In this document: piece by piece, positions 39,575-49,664 of the stretch | How positions within the stretch are numbered: the first letter of the stretch is position 1 | Layout of the letters: every line of letters begins with the position of its first letter | The notes under the pieces: model-generated | What the model was told of the DNA's origin: nothing | What the model saw: only the letters and a program-made list of their open reading frames with translations | The model's database searches: none | Source of the DNA: Planctomycetota bacterium | GTDB taxonomy: Bacteria; Planctomycetota; B15-G4 | Direction: 5' to 3' | DNA length: 64,000 nt | Assembly: GCA_965248575.1 (NCBI GenBank) | Contig: CBDFJQ010000002.1 | Location: forward strand, 3,712,001-3,776,000 | Translations under genes and position numbers: made by a program

Positions 39575-41143
39575 ATGCAGACCATGTTGCCGCCAGAACA
39601 ACATTCTCTGAGGAAGCGCGTCGTGATTCCGGCCGTGGGAGTCCTGGTGTTCATCATCGTCTTGCTTTCGAGCTCGGCGCACGGCCAGGCCACGCCGCTC
39701 TTCGATCTCATCGCCGACGGTCTGATCGAAGAAGATCCCTTGGTGCTGCCGTTCAACGGTGGGCTCGACGGCTGGGGATATGACGACAGCTATGCGTCGC
39801 AGATGGTGGCGTGGATCGACCTGACGCTGACGCACCCGATGGATGGCCAGAACAACCAACTGGTGAAGCTGTACGACAACCAGTTTGCAACGGGCGGTGG
39901 GCTGGTGGACGTGACGCAGCAGGTGCTCGACCCGGCGATCTGGGCGTCGATCCAGGCCAACCCCACGACGGACCCCAACAGCGTGTTCGATCGCGTGTAC
40001 GAGATGCGGCAGTTCCGGGTGGGCGCATCGCACCTGGCGGGTTGGGTGCTGGTGCGGCACCAGAAGCGCGACACGGTGCTGCAGTGGGACTTCGGGCTGG
40101 GGTACTACAAGGTGACAGGTGTCGTGGGCAGCGACGAACTGAGCGAGCACTGCAAGTGTGCCGGCGGCGGCTCCGGCATCTGGGATCAGAGCGGAATGCT
40201 GCCTGACTTCTGCGACCGGCGTTGGACGACGGGCCAGGACAATGCGGACATCGATGGAGACTTCGACCGGGATCTCGTGACCTGCTATCGCGACGGTCGG
40301 CCGCGCTACTTCAAGAACGACGGCTTGGGTGGCTTCTCGGAAGCGCAGGCACTGCCGCCAGACCCCGATGAGGTCAACCTCGGCCTGCTTCGTCCGGGTA
40401 TCGGCAATCGCGACATCCACTTGGCGGATCTGGACGGCGACGGCGACCAGGATCTCATCGTGGCGCGGATGCACTCCAATGGTTCCAACGATTGCCAACA
40501 TGCGGGGCTCACGGCGGCCATCGTCTACAAGTTTGACGAGACCGATCAGACGGTGCCGGGCGGGACGTACGTCTACTGGTATCGCTTGAGGCCCGGCGTG
40601 GGCGAAGACATCGAGAAGGTGGGCGGCACATGGCAGTCGAAGGGCTTTGGCAGCTCGTCGCTCTCCCTGAGTGTGGCGGACCTCGACAACGATGGCGCCA
40701 TCGACCTCGTGCAACCGATCCTGGACTCCCCGGATGGCAACAAGAAGGTGCGCGTCTACATGAATGACGGCACCGGTCATCTGGGCGGTGGTAGCCACCG
40801 CCCGAGCGGCTACATAGGCGACCCCAATCGTTCGGTGGCCTTCGCATCGCTGGAAGATCTCAACGACGACGGGCGCATCGACGTCGTGCTCTGCTACCTG
40901 CACGGCAACACCGTGGCCCAGACCAACGACAAGGTGTACCTGAACTTCCCCGGCGCGCCGGGGGCTGCCATCCCCAGGTTCCGCTTCGCCCAAGCCATTC
41001 CGTCACAGCTAGGTGCGGTCTCGGACAACACCCGCTATGTGCGCTTCGCTGACTTCGATGACGACGGCGACCTTGACTACATCGAGAGCAACTTTCTGGA
41101 CGGCGCCAACACGCGCGTGTTCTTCAACACGACCTACAACTGA
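39575..41143 (+). CDS. secreted FG-GAP/VCBS-repeat protein
   Basis: Signal peptide ending AHG-Q; repeats ADIDGDFDRDL, ADLDGDGDQDL, ADLDNDGAIDL, EDLNDDGRIDV, ADFDDDGDLDY. Confidence 0.85.
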   Translation: MQTMLPPEQHSLRKRVVIPAVGVLVFIIVLLSSSAHGQATPLFDLIADGLIEEDPLVLPFNGGLDGWGYDDSYASQMVAWIDLTLTHPMDGQNNQLVKLYDNQFATGGGLVDVTQQVLDPAIWASIQANPTTDPNSVFDRVYEMRQFRVGASHLAGWVLVRHQKRDTVLQWDFGLGYYKVTGVVGSDELSEHCKCAGGGSGIWDQSGMLPDFCDRRWTTGQDNADIDGDFDRDLVTCYRDGRPRYFKNDGLGGFSEAQALPPDPDEVNLGLLRPGIGNRDIHLADLDGDGDQDLIVARMHSNGSNDCQHAGLTAAIVYKFDETDQTVPGGTYVYWYRLRPGVGEDIEKVGGTWQSKGFGSSSLSLSVADLDNDGAIDLVQPILDSPDGNKKVRVYMNDGTGHLGGGSHRPSGYIGDPNRSVAFASLEDLNDDGRIDVVLCYLHGNTVAQTNDKVYLNFPGAPGAAIPRFRFAQAIPSQLGAVSDNTRYVRFADFDDDGDLDYIESNFLDGANTRVFFNTTYN

Positions 41144-43542
41144 GCGCGCTTCGTCGGGCGTTCAGCGAGCTGCCAGGTGACGCGCCCCAGGGCTTGCCCC
41201 TTGTGGAGTTGGATCAGCGCCACTTCGTAGCGGGCAGCGCGGGCAGTGCGGGCGTTGCATGCTTTTGGCAGGGCCACATGCAAGGTGACGTCGTGGGTCT
41301 CGCGGCTGCGTAGGCGCGCGGTGCCCAGGCTCGTGATGCTCGAGGTACTCAAGCGTGTGCGAGCCCCAGGCTCGAACGCCCCTTCGGGGGAAGTCATCCG
41401 GGCGAGAAGCTGCTCGGGTAGTTCAACTTCCACTGTAGCGCCGCGGGGCAGCCTCGCTTCGACACGCAACTCCATCTCTTCCTCTTGAGCTGGGTCATCA
41501 TGGGCTGCACCGAAGACGCCTGCGGCGAGTGACCAGGTACCCGAACCGTTGGCTGGCACCACGTTGAAGTTGCGCCAAGCGACGTTGTTCTCGGTGCGCA
41601 CATGCGACTTGTACGCTTCGATGTCGGCAAATGCGTCTGGTACGAACAACGGATCTTTGGCGTGCCCCACCGTTGCGATCAGGCAGTAGTGACCAGGGGT
41701 TGGAAGATTCGTCCATGCGATGGGGCCAGCGATGGCCAGCGTGTTTCCTTGCGGAACGTCGACGAGCGCCGTGCCGATGGGCTGCCACTGCACGGGTTCG
41801 ATCAAGGTCGCTGGCTTGGAGAAGTAGACCGACACCAAGGCGTCAGTGACGTCGCTGCCGCCCCGGTTCTGCACACGAACAAAGAGCTCGGCGGCGGTCT
41901 GCCCCTCAACCAGGTCCGTGCTGAGGTCGTCGTTGCTCTTGGTGTTGCTGGGTTCACCGTAGGCAGCGTCAGGGGTGGAGGACGTCAACGGTGTGGAGCG
42001 CAGGATGATGTCGGGGCTGCGCGAGAGCATCCCGGTGTGGGGGCCGCCCATGTCACCCACGTTGTCGCGAATGTAGAGGTCAGGCAGCAGGCCCAACTCG
42101 ACGGCAATCTGCTTGAGGTTGGGTTGCACCCCGATCACGTGCGCATCGCCGTTGCTAAGCGTTGTGTTGATCGCGGGATCCCTGTTTCCAAGCAGCGCTC
42201 GCATCTGCATGGGTGGCAAGTACGTCAACGCACCCGCAGCGCCGTTCCGAACCAGGCCTTGGACCACCAGCGCGGCGCCAGCCACGATGGCGGATGCTGA
42301 GGAAGTGCCGCCAAAGCCGGACGATCCATCGTCCTTGAAGACGGTGGCCTCGGCAGTGGCATTGGGGTCGGCCCCGGGATCAGGGCAGGGGACTTCACCG
42401 AGGACTGGGACGGTCCCGTTGGGTGTCGCGGTGCCCGCGTAGACTTCGAAACCCCACGAGAAGCAATCGATGCGATTGCCGGTGCAGCCCTGCTCAATGG
42501 CTTTGTGGCCGTCGCTCCCCCATTGGGATTGGCCCACCATGATGGCGCCCGAATCACCGGCGAGTGGGCTTTGGTTCAACGCCAGGGTTGGCCCCGGCCC
42601 GAGGCTCGCGTTGGCCGTTCCTCCATTGCCTGCTGCCTCCACCACCACGACATGGTTTGCCACGGCGAGCTGAATCATGTCGAACACCTGCCACGCCATC
42701 TCGACCGGGCCAAGAATGCCGCTCTTGAAGGATGAGTCGAAGTCCTTCACGACCTTCTGCACTTCGAGCAGGAGCACGCTGCCGGGGAGATGCGCCGAGA
42801 GCTTGTCGAGGGCCTCAAGAATGGCGGCAGCTGTATCGTGCTTGCAGCCGTCCACCCGTTTCTCCGCTGACAGGATGACGTGAGCGACTTCATGTGCGAC
42901 ACCGAGGCCGAACACGTTGTTCACCCGACCCAGGCAAGTGGCGAGCGCTTCGGTGCCGTGCGGAACCCAGTCGTCTTCCCACACGCCACCTGGCAGCGTG
43001 TCGAACAGCACGTCCGGCTGCTTGAACTCGATGTGGCCCGTGTGCCAACCGCGTTCGACGTCTGCCAACACCTCCCCCTGGCCACGCCCGCCGGGCATGC
43101 CCCACACTGATTCGGCACCGACACCCGCGTCCGCCGGGTCCAGATGCTGCAGGTCCTTCGCCCCAGGTGCTACGCCGTCGCTGACGGGGAGTGGAGCGAG
43201 CAGTGTCTCCACGGAAACCCGGTCGACCGGGAGTTGATCGAACATGTGTTGGCGTACCTTTGCAGCGATGTTCCTTCTGGGTGCGCTACCTGACCACAAG
43301 GCGCGCTTCGGGAGCAGCACTCGATACGCATCTGCAAAGCGCGGCGGCCGATAGCCCGGGCTGAGTGTTTGCGCGCGCCTGACGAGCGCGCGGATGCTCG
43401 CCAACTGTTGACTGTCGTAGAGCGGCTCAGCGACGGCCCCTGGGTAGATGTGCGTGACAGAATCGGCTGTCAGCAAATCTTCTGTCTTGGCCTGGACGAT
43501 CACCTGTGGCGGATCGAGTCGGACTCCCCGTGAATTGACCAT
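41134..43542 (-). CDS. S8 subtilisin-like serine protease with C-terminal beta-sandwich domains
   Basis: Triad motifs LADVERG (Asp), HGTEAL (His), FGGTSSAS (Ser), oxyanion AAGNG; C-terminal DLYIRDN..SPDI..GHYCLIA..NNVAWRN. Confidence 0.9.
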   Translation of the reverse strand: MVNSRGVRLDPPQVIVQAKTEDLLTADSVTHIYPGAVAEPLYDSQQLASIRALVRRAQTLSPGYRPPRFADAYRVLLPKRALWSGSAPRRNIAAKVRQHMFDQLPVDRVSVETLLAPLPVSDGVAPGAKDLQHLDPADAGVGAESVWGMPGGRGQGEVLADVERGWHTGHIEFKQPDVLFDTLPGGVWEDDWVPHGTEALATCLGRVNNVFGLGVAHEVAHVILSAEKRVDGCKHDTAAAILEALDKLSAHLPGSVLLLEVQKVVKDFDSSFKSGILGPVEMAWQVFDMIQLAVANHVVVVEAAGNGGTANASLGPGPTLALNQSPLAGDSGAIMVGQSQWGSDGHKAIEQGCTGNRIDCFSWGFEVYAGTATPNGTVPVLGEVPCPDPGADPNATAEATVFKDDGSSGFGGTSSASAIVAGAALVVQGLVRNGAAGALTYLPPMQMRALLGNRDPAINTTLSNGDAHVIGVQPNLKQIAVELGLLPDLYIRDNVGDMGGPHTGMLSRSPDIILRSTPLTSSTPDAAYGEPSNTKSNDDLSTDLVEGQTAAELFVRVQNRGGSDVTDALVSVYFSKPATLIEPVQWQPIGTALVDVPQGNTLAIAGPIAWTNLPTPGHYCLIATVGHAKDPLFVPDAFADIEAYKSHVRTENNVAWRNFNVVPANGSGTWSLAAGVFGAAHDDPAQEEEMELRVEARLPRGATVEVELPEQLLARMTSPEGAFEPGARTRLSTSSITSLGTARLRSRETHDVTLHVALPKACNARTARAARYEVALIQLHKGQALGRVTWQLAERPTKRAQL

Positions 43543-43652
43543 CGTTCAGGCTCCCTGCTGGATTTGCCCTCGTTCCAAAGCGAGCCCTATAGTAAGCAGC
43601 CAGATGAAGGTTGATGGTTGGAAGTCCGGGTTCCACCACAGGAGATGATCTG

Positions 43653-44177
43653 ATGCGTCTTGCTTACGCGGCACTCTTGGCCAGTCTCCTGCTCTTGCAG
43701 GGTTGTTTCATCTTTCCAGGCAACAGGCATGGGCACGACTGTCTGTCCCATCCGGAGCCGCCGTTCATCCTTCCCGAAGGTGGCCCCCCAGGTCCGGCGC
43801 TGGTGTTTGGGACCGCGGACTTCGATGACAACGGTGCCGTCCTGATCAAGCTGCAGGTGGAGGACCTCTCAGTCTACGCGGGCGATGAGGCCGAGATCAC
43901 CGCTTGGGGCGGCAATGGAGAGGCCCCTGCGACGGCATCGGATGTCCCTCCGCCCGGAGGAAAGAAGATCTACGACTCCGGGGACGATGTGCACCTCCGC
44001 CACTGGACGACGCACATCGACCGTAACTACGACGAGGAGATCGGGAAGTACTGGGTCTTCGTGCGCGTCGACCACAACGTGGGTGGAGGCAACCGGGAGG
44101 TGAGGTTCCTGTGGTGGCGGTGGATCGCGGGCAGCTCGAACGAGCTCGATACGCCGCACGACTTCCACCAGTACTAG
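43653..44177 (+). CDS. hypothetical lipoprotein
   Basis: AGGAG RBS; MRLAYAALLASLLLLQG-C lipobox. Confidence 0.75.
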   Translation: MRLAYAALLASLLLLQGCFIFPGNRHGHDCLSHPEPPFILPEGGPPGPALVFGTADFDDNGAVLIKLQVEDLSVYAGDEAEITAWGGNGEAPATASDVPPPGGKKIYDSGDDVHLRHWTTHIDRNYDEEIGKYWVFVRVDHNVGGGNREVRFLWWRWIAGSSNELDTPHDFHQY

Positions 44178-44187
44178 ACGCGCGTGC

Positions 44188-47100
44188 TCAGCGTGCGCTG
44201 GTTCCGGTAAGGACTCCAGTCAGCAGGAACGGCGCCCAGTAGTGTGGGTGTCCCAAGTTGCCATCTTGGGAGTTGGTCAAGGACTTGCCACGCGAACGCC
44301 GGCCTGAACGCAGCGCGCGCTTGGCGCGGCGCAGCGCGCTCTCGGGGGCGTCGCCCTCTCCAACGTACGCGCTGGCGAAGGCCTCCATGAGGTCACGGGC
44401 TTGTTCGTCCTGCACCACCCAAAGTGTGGCGATGACGCTGCGAGCTCCCGCTGCAAGGAAGGCGCTGGCGATGGACTGAACACCCTCTCCATTGAGCAGG
44501 CGCCCGTCTGCGGTCTGGCATGCGGAGAGCAAGACGAGCTCAGCGTTGAGCTGCAGTTCGGCAATGTCCGCCAGGTTGAACAGCCCTTGGTCGGTGGGGT
44601 CCCAAGCCAGCACGAGGCCTGAGCGGCGCGCGTCCCAGCGATCGATGTGTGCGTGGGATGCGATGTGAATCAGGCTCGCGAGAGGGGCCAGCTCGCGCAG
44701 GGCGGCAGCGGAGGCCTGGTTCCCCAGCCGCAAGTCGAAGCTCTCGCTGTGCAGGGAGACGTTCCGAGACTCTTCCAGCAGGGCGAGTTGGTACAGATCG
44801 TCGCGCACGGAGTCTCCAGCGGATGTGGTCAGCAACAAGCGGGCCATGCGCGACAGCTCGGATCGCGTTTGAGGCAGGCGATCCCAGCGATGTGGCGACT
44901 CGCCTCGGGTCGCGAGCAGGGCTGCGGGCGCCTCACTCGAATAGGTGGGGTCACCCAGGAGCAGCGCGTGACGACGGTCCGTAGCAGGTGAAAGCGCCCC
45001 GCGAGCAAGGCTTGCATGCGATGACGGCGCATAGCTGACATCCATGCTGTCGATGACAAACTGGATGTCCGCAAAATTCTTGGGCTTCGCCGGAGCAGAG
45101 GTCACGAGGGCTTCGAACGGCAGGCGCGAGAGCTCGCCGCTCGGGACGATCACGACGCTGTTGCCGGTCAGCTCCAGCGGTGCCAGCAACCGTTCATGCA
45201 AGGCTCCTCCGAGGCGCGCCACATCGGTGGGTTTGGCCAGCTGATGCGGGTCGCTGATGCCGTCAAGGAACTCCTGCACCAGTTGCTCGATGGGCTCCTT
45301 CGGCCCGAGTGCAACGAAGCGAACATCGTCGCCTTCTTGAACGAAGGCGTGGAGTTGTTCACGGCCGAAGGCGTATTCGACCAGGGTCGTTCCATTCAGT
45401 TGGAGCGGCAAGGTGTCGGCGCTCTGCTGTCCGTCCCTCAGCCCCGCGTGCAGCGAGCGGGACTTCCAGCGAGAGACGTGAGGGAGTTCCGTGGCTGCGG
45501 CTTGCGGTTGACGCGCGATCTCTCGAGCGGAGAGATCGACAGCCAGGCAACTCCAGTCGGACAGCTCAGCCAGGCGCGAACGAACTTGCGCAGCTTCCAT
45601 CGTGGGCAGGCTGGTGATTTCTCGGCGCGCCGAATCGTCCCATGCTTGTGCGAGCAACTCGCGCACGGTGTCGTCATCACCTTGCGCTAGCGCCGCGGCA
45701 GCAACGCTGAAGAGCCCAGACATGAGGTAGTCGTTGGCGTCATGTTCCTTCACACGGGCGACGGATTCCTCTGCGGCCGTTCGTGCCTTGGCCCACTCTC
45801 CCAAGCGTAGATGGGATTCGCTCACAACCATCAAGCTGAGCGCGCTCAGGTGGGGGTCGTCCATGCGTTCCGCATGAGCGAGCGCTTCGAAGGCTAGCGC
45901 TGAGCCGGCCTGCAATGAGTCGCGCGTCACCAGCAAGGCTGCCTTCCCGTTGAGCGCCAGCCATCGGGCTCGACCGTCGGCGGGTGCAATCTCAAGGACC
46001 TCGTCGTAGAGCCGCTCGCAGTTTGCATCATCGTCCCTGACCAGCGCCAAGAGCGCCTGGTTGGCCAGGATCACTGCGCGAGCTTCTGGCTCTGACGTGA
46101 GCATCAGCAGCTCATCAAGGGCGTCCGAGGCTGCGCCGAACTCACCCAGCGCGTAGGCAAGGGCCGCACGATTCTGCAGCAGTCGTGCATCGTGGGGCGA
46201 GGGCGCATGAGGAGCTGCCAGGGCTTGCGCCTCGTCCATCAGGCTCAAGGCGACGCCGTAGCGGCCACGTACCAGTTCGACGAGGGCCAGTTGTCCAAGG
46301 GCGCTGACCTTCCGAAACCAGTCAGGCGCCTTCTCGGCGGCGACGGCCAGAAGCTCTGCGGCGCGCGCGAAGTTGGCACGGGATTCATACCAGTGCCCCG
46401 CTTGGAAATGGACGGAGTAGATCGCCAGGGACGTGATGCTTGCGCTGACCTGCGCATCCGTGACCTGGACCAGGCCGAGGGCGGCCTCGTGCATCGTGCC
46501 CGCAAGCTCGTGTTCGTTGCGACCGGCCGCGGCCATGGCCAGTCCGCTGGAGGCCATGGCCAGCAAGTTGGCGTCCGTGCTTGTCGAGCGCACCTCTTCG
46601 TAGTGAGACGTTGCATCGTTCCACGCGCCAATGTCCAACGCGATGTGTCCCAGGCTGTTGTCTGCCAAGGCAAGGATGTCGACACCGAAGGCTTTGCCGG
46701 CTTCTCGCCCCGACATCAGCAGCTCCCGGGCCTGGTCGAGGTGGACTCCCTGCCGCTGCAAGACCACGCCCAACAAGAGTCGGGCGAGGCCGTGGTGCCT
46801 CGCCGGAGCAGGCACCGCCCGGCAACCCAGGAGGGCCGTCTGCGCCAGGGAGAGCTGGCCGGTGTTCAGCGCGCTGATGGCACCGTTCAGGAAATCGCTG
46901 GGCGTCACCCGTGAAACGTTTCCAGCAAGAGCCGTCAGATCTCCCGGCCCGTTCGGCAGTTCGATGAGGTGCAGCCCCGGCTCCAAGTCGGCCACGATCC
47001 ACCCCTGCGCACTCTGCTCGTCGCCCAGGGCCAAGGCTCCGTTCGAGCGCCCGAGCGTGTAGGTGCCCGCCGTCTCGATCTTCAGCTGAGCACGTTCGAT

Positions 47101-47196
47101 CTGTTCGAGGCGCTGGCCCGGAAGTAGCTGGGGATCGCCTACGAAAGACCCTGCCAGAAGGATCAGTGCATGGAAGGAGAGGAAGTGGCGAACCAT
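44188..47196 (-). CDS. TPR-CHAT (caspase-like) protease
   Basis: Hydrophobic N-terminus, long TPR-like array, LVEY, IVPSGELSRLPFEAL, IHIASHA (His), VLLSACQTA (Cys), SVIATLW.V, HPHYWAPF. Confidence 0.92.
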   Translation of the reverse strand: MVRHFLSFHALILLAGSFVGDPQLLPGQRLEQIERAQLKIETAGTYTLGRSNGALALGDEQSAQGWIVADLEPGLHLIELPNGPGDLTALAGNVSRVTPSDFLNGAISALNTGQLSLAQTALLGCRAVPAPARHHGLARLLLGVVLQRQGVHLDQARELLMSGREAGKAFGVDILALADNSLGHIALDIGAWNDATSHYEEVRSTSTDANLLAMASSGLAMAAAGRNEHELAGTMHEAALGLVQVTDAQVSASITSLAIYSVHFQAGHWYESRANFARAAELLAVAAEKAPDWFRKVSALGQLALVELVRGRYGVALSLMDEAQALAAPHAPSPHDARLLQNRAALAYALGEFGAASDALDELLMLTSEPEARAVILANQALLALVRDDDANCERLYDEVLEIAPADGRARWLALNGKAALLVTRDSLQAGSALAFEALAHAERMDDPHLSALSLMVVSESHLRLGEWAKARTAAEESVARVKEHDANDYLMSGLFSVAAAALAQGDDDTVRELLAQAWDDSARREITSLPTMEAAQVRSRLAELSDWSCLAVDLSAREIARQPQAAATELPHVSRWKSRSLHAGLRDGQQSADTLPLQLNGTTLVEYAFGREQLHAFVQEGDDVRFVALGPKEPIEQLVQEFLDGISDPHQLAKPTDVARLGGALHERLLAPLELTGNSVVIVPSGELSRLPFEALVTSAPAKPKNFADIQFVIDSMDVSYAPSSHASLARGALSPATDRRHALLLGDPTYSSEAPAALLATRGESPHRWDRLPQTRSELSRMARLLLTTSAGDSVRDDLYQLALLEESRNVSLHSESFDLRLGNQASAAALRELAPLASLIHIASHAHIDRWDARRSGLVLAWDPTDQGLFNLADIAELQLNAELVLLSACQTADGRLLNGEGVQSIASAFLAAGARSVIATLWVVQDEQARDLMEAFASAYVGEGDAPESALRRAKRALRSGRRSRGKSLTNSQDGNLGHPHYWAPFLLTGVLTGTSAR

Positions 47197-47575
47197 CGAC
47201 AGGCCCTCGGCGAAGGGCGAGTGTACACCCTGTTCTTCAAGGGGCAGGAGGGCTGTAAATCGAAGCCGTTGAACGGTTTGGATCGGTGTGTGAGGGCCGT
47301 GCCGTGTCCGCTTTGAGCGCATGTTTGAGCGTTCGATTGGCGCTGGGCGACGGTGCCGAGTTCGACCGGATGCGTCGGATCAGATGCAGGTGTGTGCTTT
47401 CACGGAGGACGATTCGAGCGCTTCCCATGGCTCCGGGAAATCGGGCGCAGAACGGGCATTCCAGCGAACTGCCGGGTTTACGACACAGTTCAACACCCGT
47501 AATCTGGCGCAAGTCTTCTGCGGGGGCTCGGGTGGGCCCAATGGGCGCGCGAAGACTCCTCGCGGGGGTTGTCGG

Positions 47576-48259
47576 TTGTCGTCGGAAGCGCTACCCGAAC
47601 GTCTGAAACGCAAGCTCGGGCCCGAGCTGCTTCAGGGTCCGGAGCCGTTTGACACCGCCAATCCGTTCCACGTTGACCGTGTGTGCCAGGAGCTGCTTCA
47701 GAGAGCAGTTGTCGGCGGCGACTCGGAGTCACTGGTTTTGTTGGTGGACCTGACGCAGCCCCACCTCGTGCGAGGTGTCGAGGCGGTGGCGCAGGACATC
47801 GGCCTGGGCATGCCGCCGGACGACCTGATCGTGGCGCTCTTTTCGACGCTCTACGTCGAGACAGCTCCGCGCTTGCCGTCGACGCAGCACTTCCTGGCAT
47901 GGGCCACGGATTGGATGCGCGAGCATGCCGAAGCGTGGGTCCGCGATCTCGCGATGTTGGACACACCCAAGGTAGGGGCGCGAATCCTGCCGCCTGAGCC
48001 ATGCCCGGACGGATCCACCGTGGCGACCCCGAATGGATCGGAAGACGATTTCTACGCCCACGCGTTGAAGGTGTGCTTCCACAGACTCGATGTAGACTCT
48101 CGTAGGGTTCTGCGCGTTTTTGACGTGCAGGGCCTCCCCCTCGCCGAAGCAGCCAAGCAGCTCGAACTCGAGCCCGAGGTCGTGGAAGCTCGCCTCCGGG
48201 AGGCGCGCCGTCGCCTGGCCGAAGGCATTGCCAACATCATGCTAGGACCAGACGAATGA
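47576..48259 (+). CDS. divergent ECF-like sigma factor (start uncertain; frame open from 47321)
   Basis: Clear region 4 (LDVDSRRVL..VQGLPLAEAAKQLE...VEARLREARRRL); degenerate region 2 (GDSESL...DDLIVALF...FLAWA). Confidence 0.65.
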   Translation: MSSEALPERLKRKLGPELLQGPEPFDTANPFHVDRVCQELLQRAVVGGDSESLVLLVDLTQPHLVRGVEAVAQDIGLGMPPDDLIVALFSTLYVETAPRLPSTQHFLAWATDWMREHAEAWVRDLAMLDTPKVGARILPPEPCPDGSTVATPNGSEDDFYAHALKVCFHRLDVDSRRVLRVFDVQGLPLAEAAKQLELEPEVVEARLREARRRLAEGIANIMLGPDE

Positions 48260-49218
48260 CTTCCCCCGAACCAAGCGCGAAGCCGAACGACGCGCGCGGG
48301 TCTGCCCCCCGCCTCGCACGCCACCTCGCCCGGTGCGCACCCTGCCGCGATGGTCTCGATGCCATGTCTGCACAAAGTCACGTGCTGGGCCGGCTCGGCC
48401 GCGGAAAGTCTACGGCGGCGGGTGAGGGTGAAGCTGGTGCAGACGGCGAGCACCACCTGGTGGCGGAGGTTCTGGAAGCGTGCGCAGAGGACGGGCGCGA
48501 GAAGGTCGCGGATCTGCTTTATGAGATGGCGTGCGCTTGCCGCAGCCTGATTCCGGAGGACCTCAAGCCCGGTGAAGTGACCAAGAGCCCGGACTGGGTC
48601 GAGAAGTTGCCCGTGGACGTTCTTGGAGCGACGGCAACCCAAATGTGCGGTCGAGTTCCGAATGAGGGGATTGCCTCCGAGGAGATCCCGGCGTCGATCC
48701 CGAACCCAACGAACGCGGCTTCGGCTGCACGGAGCTGCCTTGCTCTCCTGGAACAGATCGAAGGGTCGACAGGGAGGCGCCGGGTTCTTGAGGCGGGAAT
48801 CCTCCAAAGTGAAGAGCGGTTTCTTGAGGTCATCGATGCCCTTGAGCCGATGCTCATGGAGTCACTGCCAGAATGGTTGTGGCTTGGTGTGCGTTGGCAT
48901 TTGACTGCAGCTCTCCTACGGACGAGGCAGTTCGAAAAGGCGGCCGGAGTTGGTGAAGCCGCTTTGAGCGCACGCCCCAATGACAGGTCCTTGATCTTCA
49001 ACACTGCCTCGGCATACGCGTTCTTGGGAGATGGAAACTCATTCGATCGAACGTGTGCTGAGTTCTCTTCGTGCGAAGCGGGGATGGAGGACCTCGATTG
49101 GTGGCGCGCGCTGATTGCAGATGAAGCGCAGGAGCTAGCTGCGGAGCTCGGTAGAACTCGCCAGGAAATCCTCGAGTCTTTTCCGCTGCCCACTATCGCT
49201 GGAGGGACTGACTCATGA
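48256..49218 (+). CDS. putative zinc-binding anti-sigma (ZAS) protein with C-terminal TPR-like helices
   Basis: ATGA-coupled to the sigma-like gene; HLARCAPCR (HxxxCxxC); TPR-like ALSARPNDRSLIFNTASAYAFLG; no TM. Confidence 0.65.
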   Translation: MTSPEPSAKPNDARGSAPRLARHLARCAPCRDGLDAMSAQSHVLGRLGRGKSTAAGEGEAGADGEHHLVAEVLEACAEDGREKVADLLYEMACACRSLIPEDLKPGEVTKSPDWVEKLPVDVLGATATQMCGRVPNEGIASEEIPASIPNPTNAASAARSCLALLEQIEGSTGRRRVLEAGILQSEERFLEVIDALEPMLMESLPEWLWLGVRWHLTAALLRTRQFEKAAGVGEAALSARPNDRSLIFNTASAYAFLGDGNSFDRTCAEFSSCEAGMEDLDWWRALIADEAQELAAELGRTRQEILESFPLPTIAGGTDS

Positions 49219-49628
49219 GCCTCCGTTGGCGCATGTTGGAATCTGCCCCGCTGGCTGTTCTCTTGCTCACGCTGGGGCTTGCTACTACTGGAGCCTCCGG
49301 CGGCGTTCGGGTGGGGGGAGCATCGGGCACGCAGTTCTTTAGCGGGGTTTCCCCAAATCCGAACCCACCGCTAGGCAGCTCAGCAGTTCTTGGTGTCCTT
49401 CGTGTGCCAACTTTCGTCACTGTGACAGCTGGCTCTTCGACTGGACCGTGGGTTGTTCAGGTTCGAAATGCAGTCGGTGTGCTTGTTTCTGTCGGTCTCA
49501 CTGATCGCGTTGGGTCGGTGATCGTCGACATTCCAGTGCTACCAGGCAACCGCCTCGATGTGATCGGGACCGACGCCATCGACATCCCCGTCAAGGCTGG
49601 CAAAGACCTGGAAGTCTGGCTGCCGTAG
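49215..49628 (+). CDS. small exported hypothetical protein
   Basis: ATGA-coupled; hydrophobic signal-like segment followed by a beta-rich domain. Confidence 0.55.
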   Translation: MSLRWRMLESAPLAVLLLTLGLATTGASGGVRVGGASGTQFFSGVSPNPNPPLGSSAVLGVLRVPTFVTVTAGSSTGPWVVQVRNAVGVLVSVGLTDRVGSVIVDIPVLPGNRLDVIGTDAIDIPVKAGKDLEVWLP

Positions 49629-49664
49629 GGTAAGCGTCACGGCCCAATGCAGTCCTTCCCCCGC

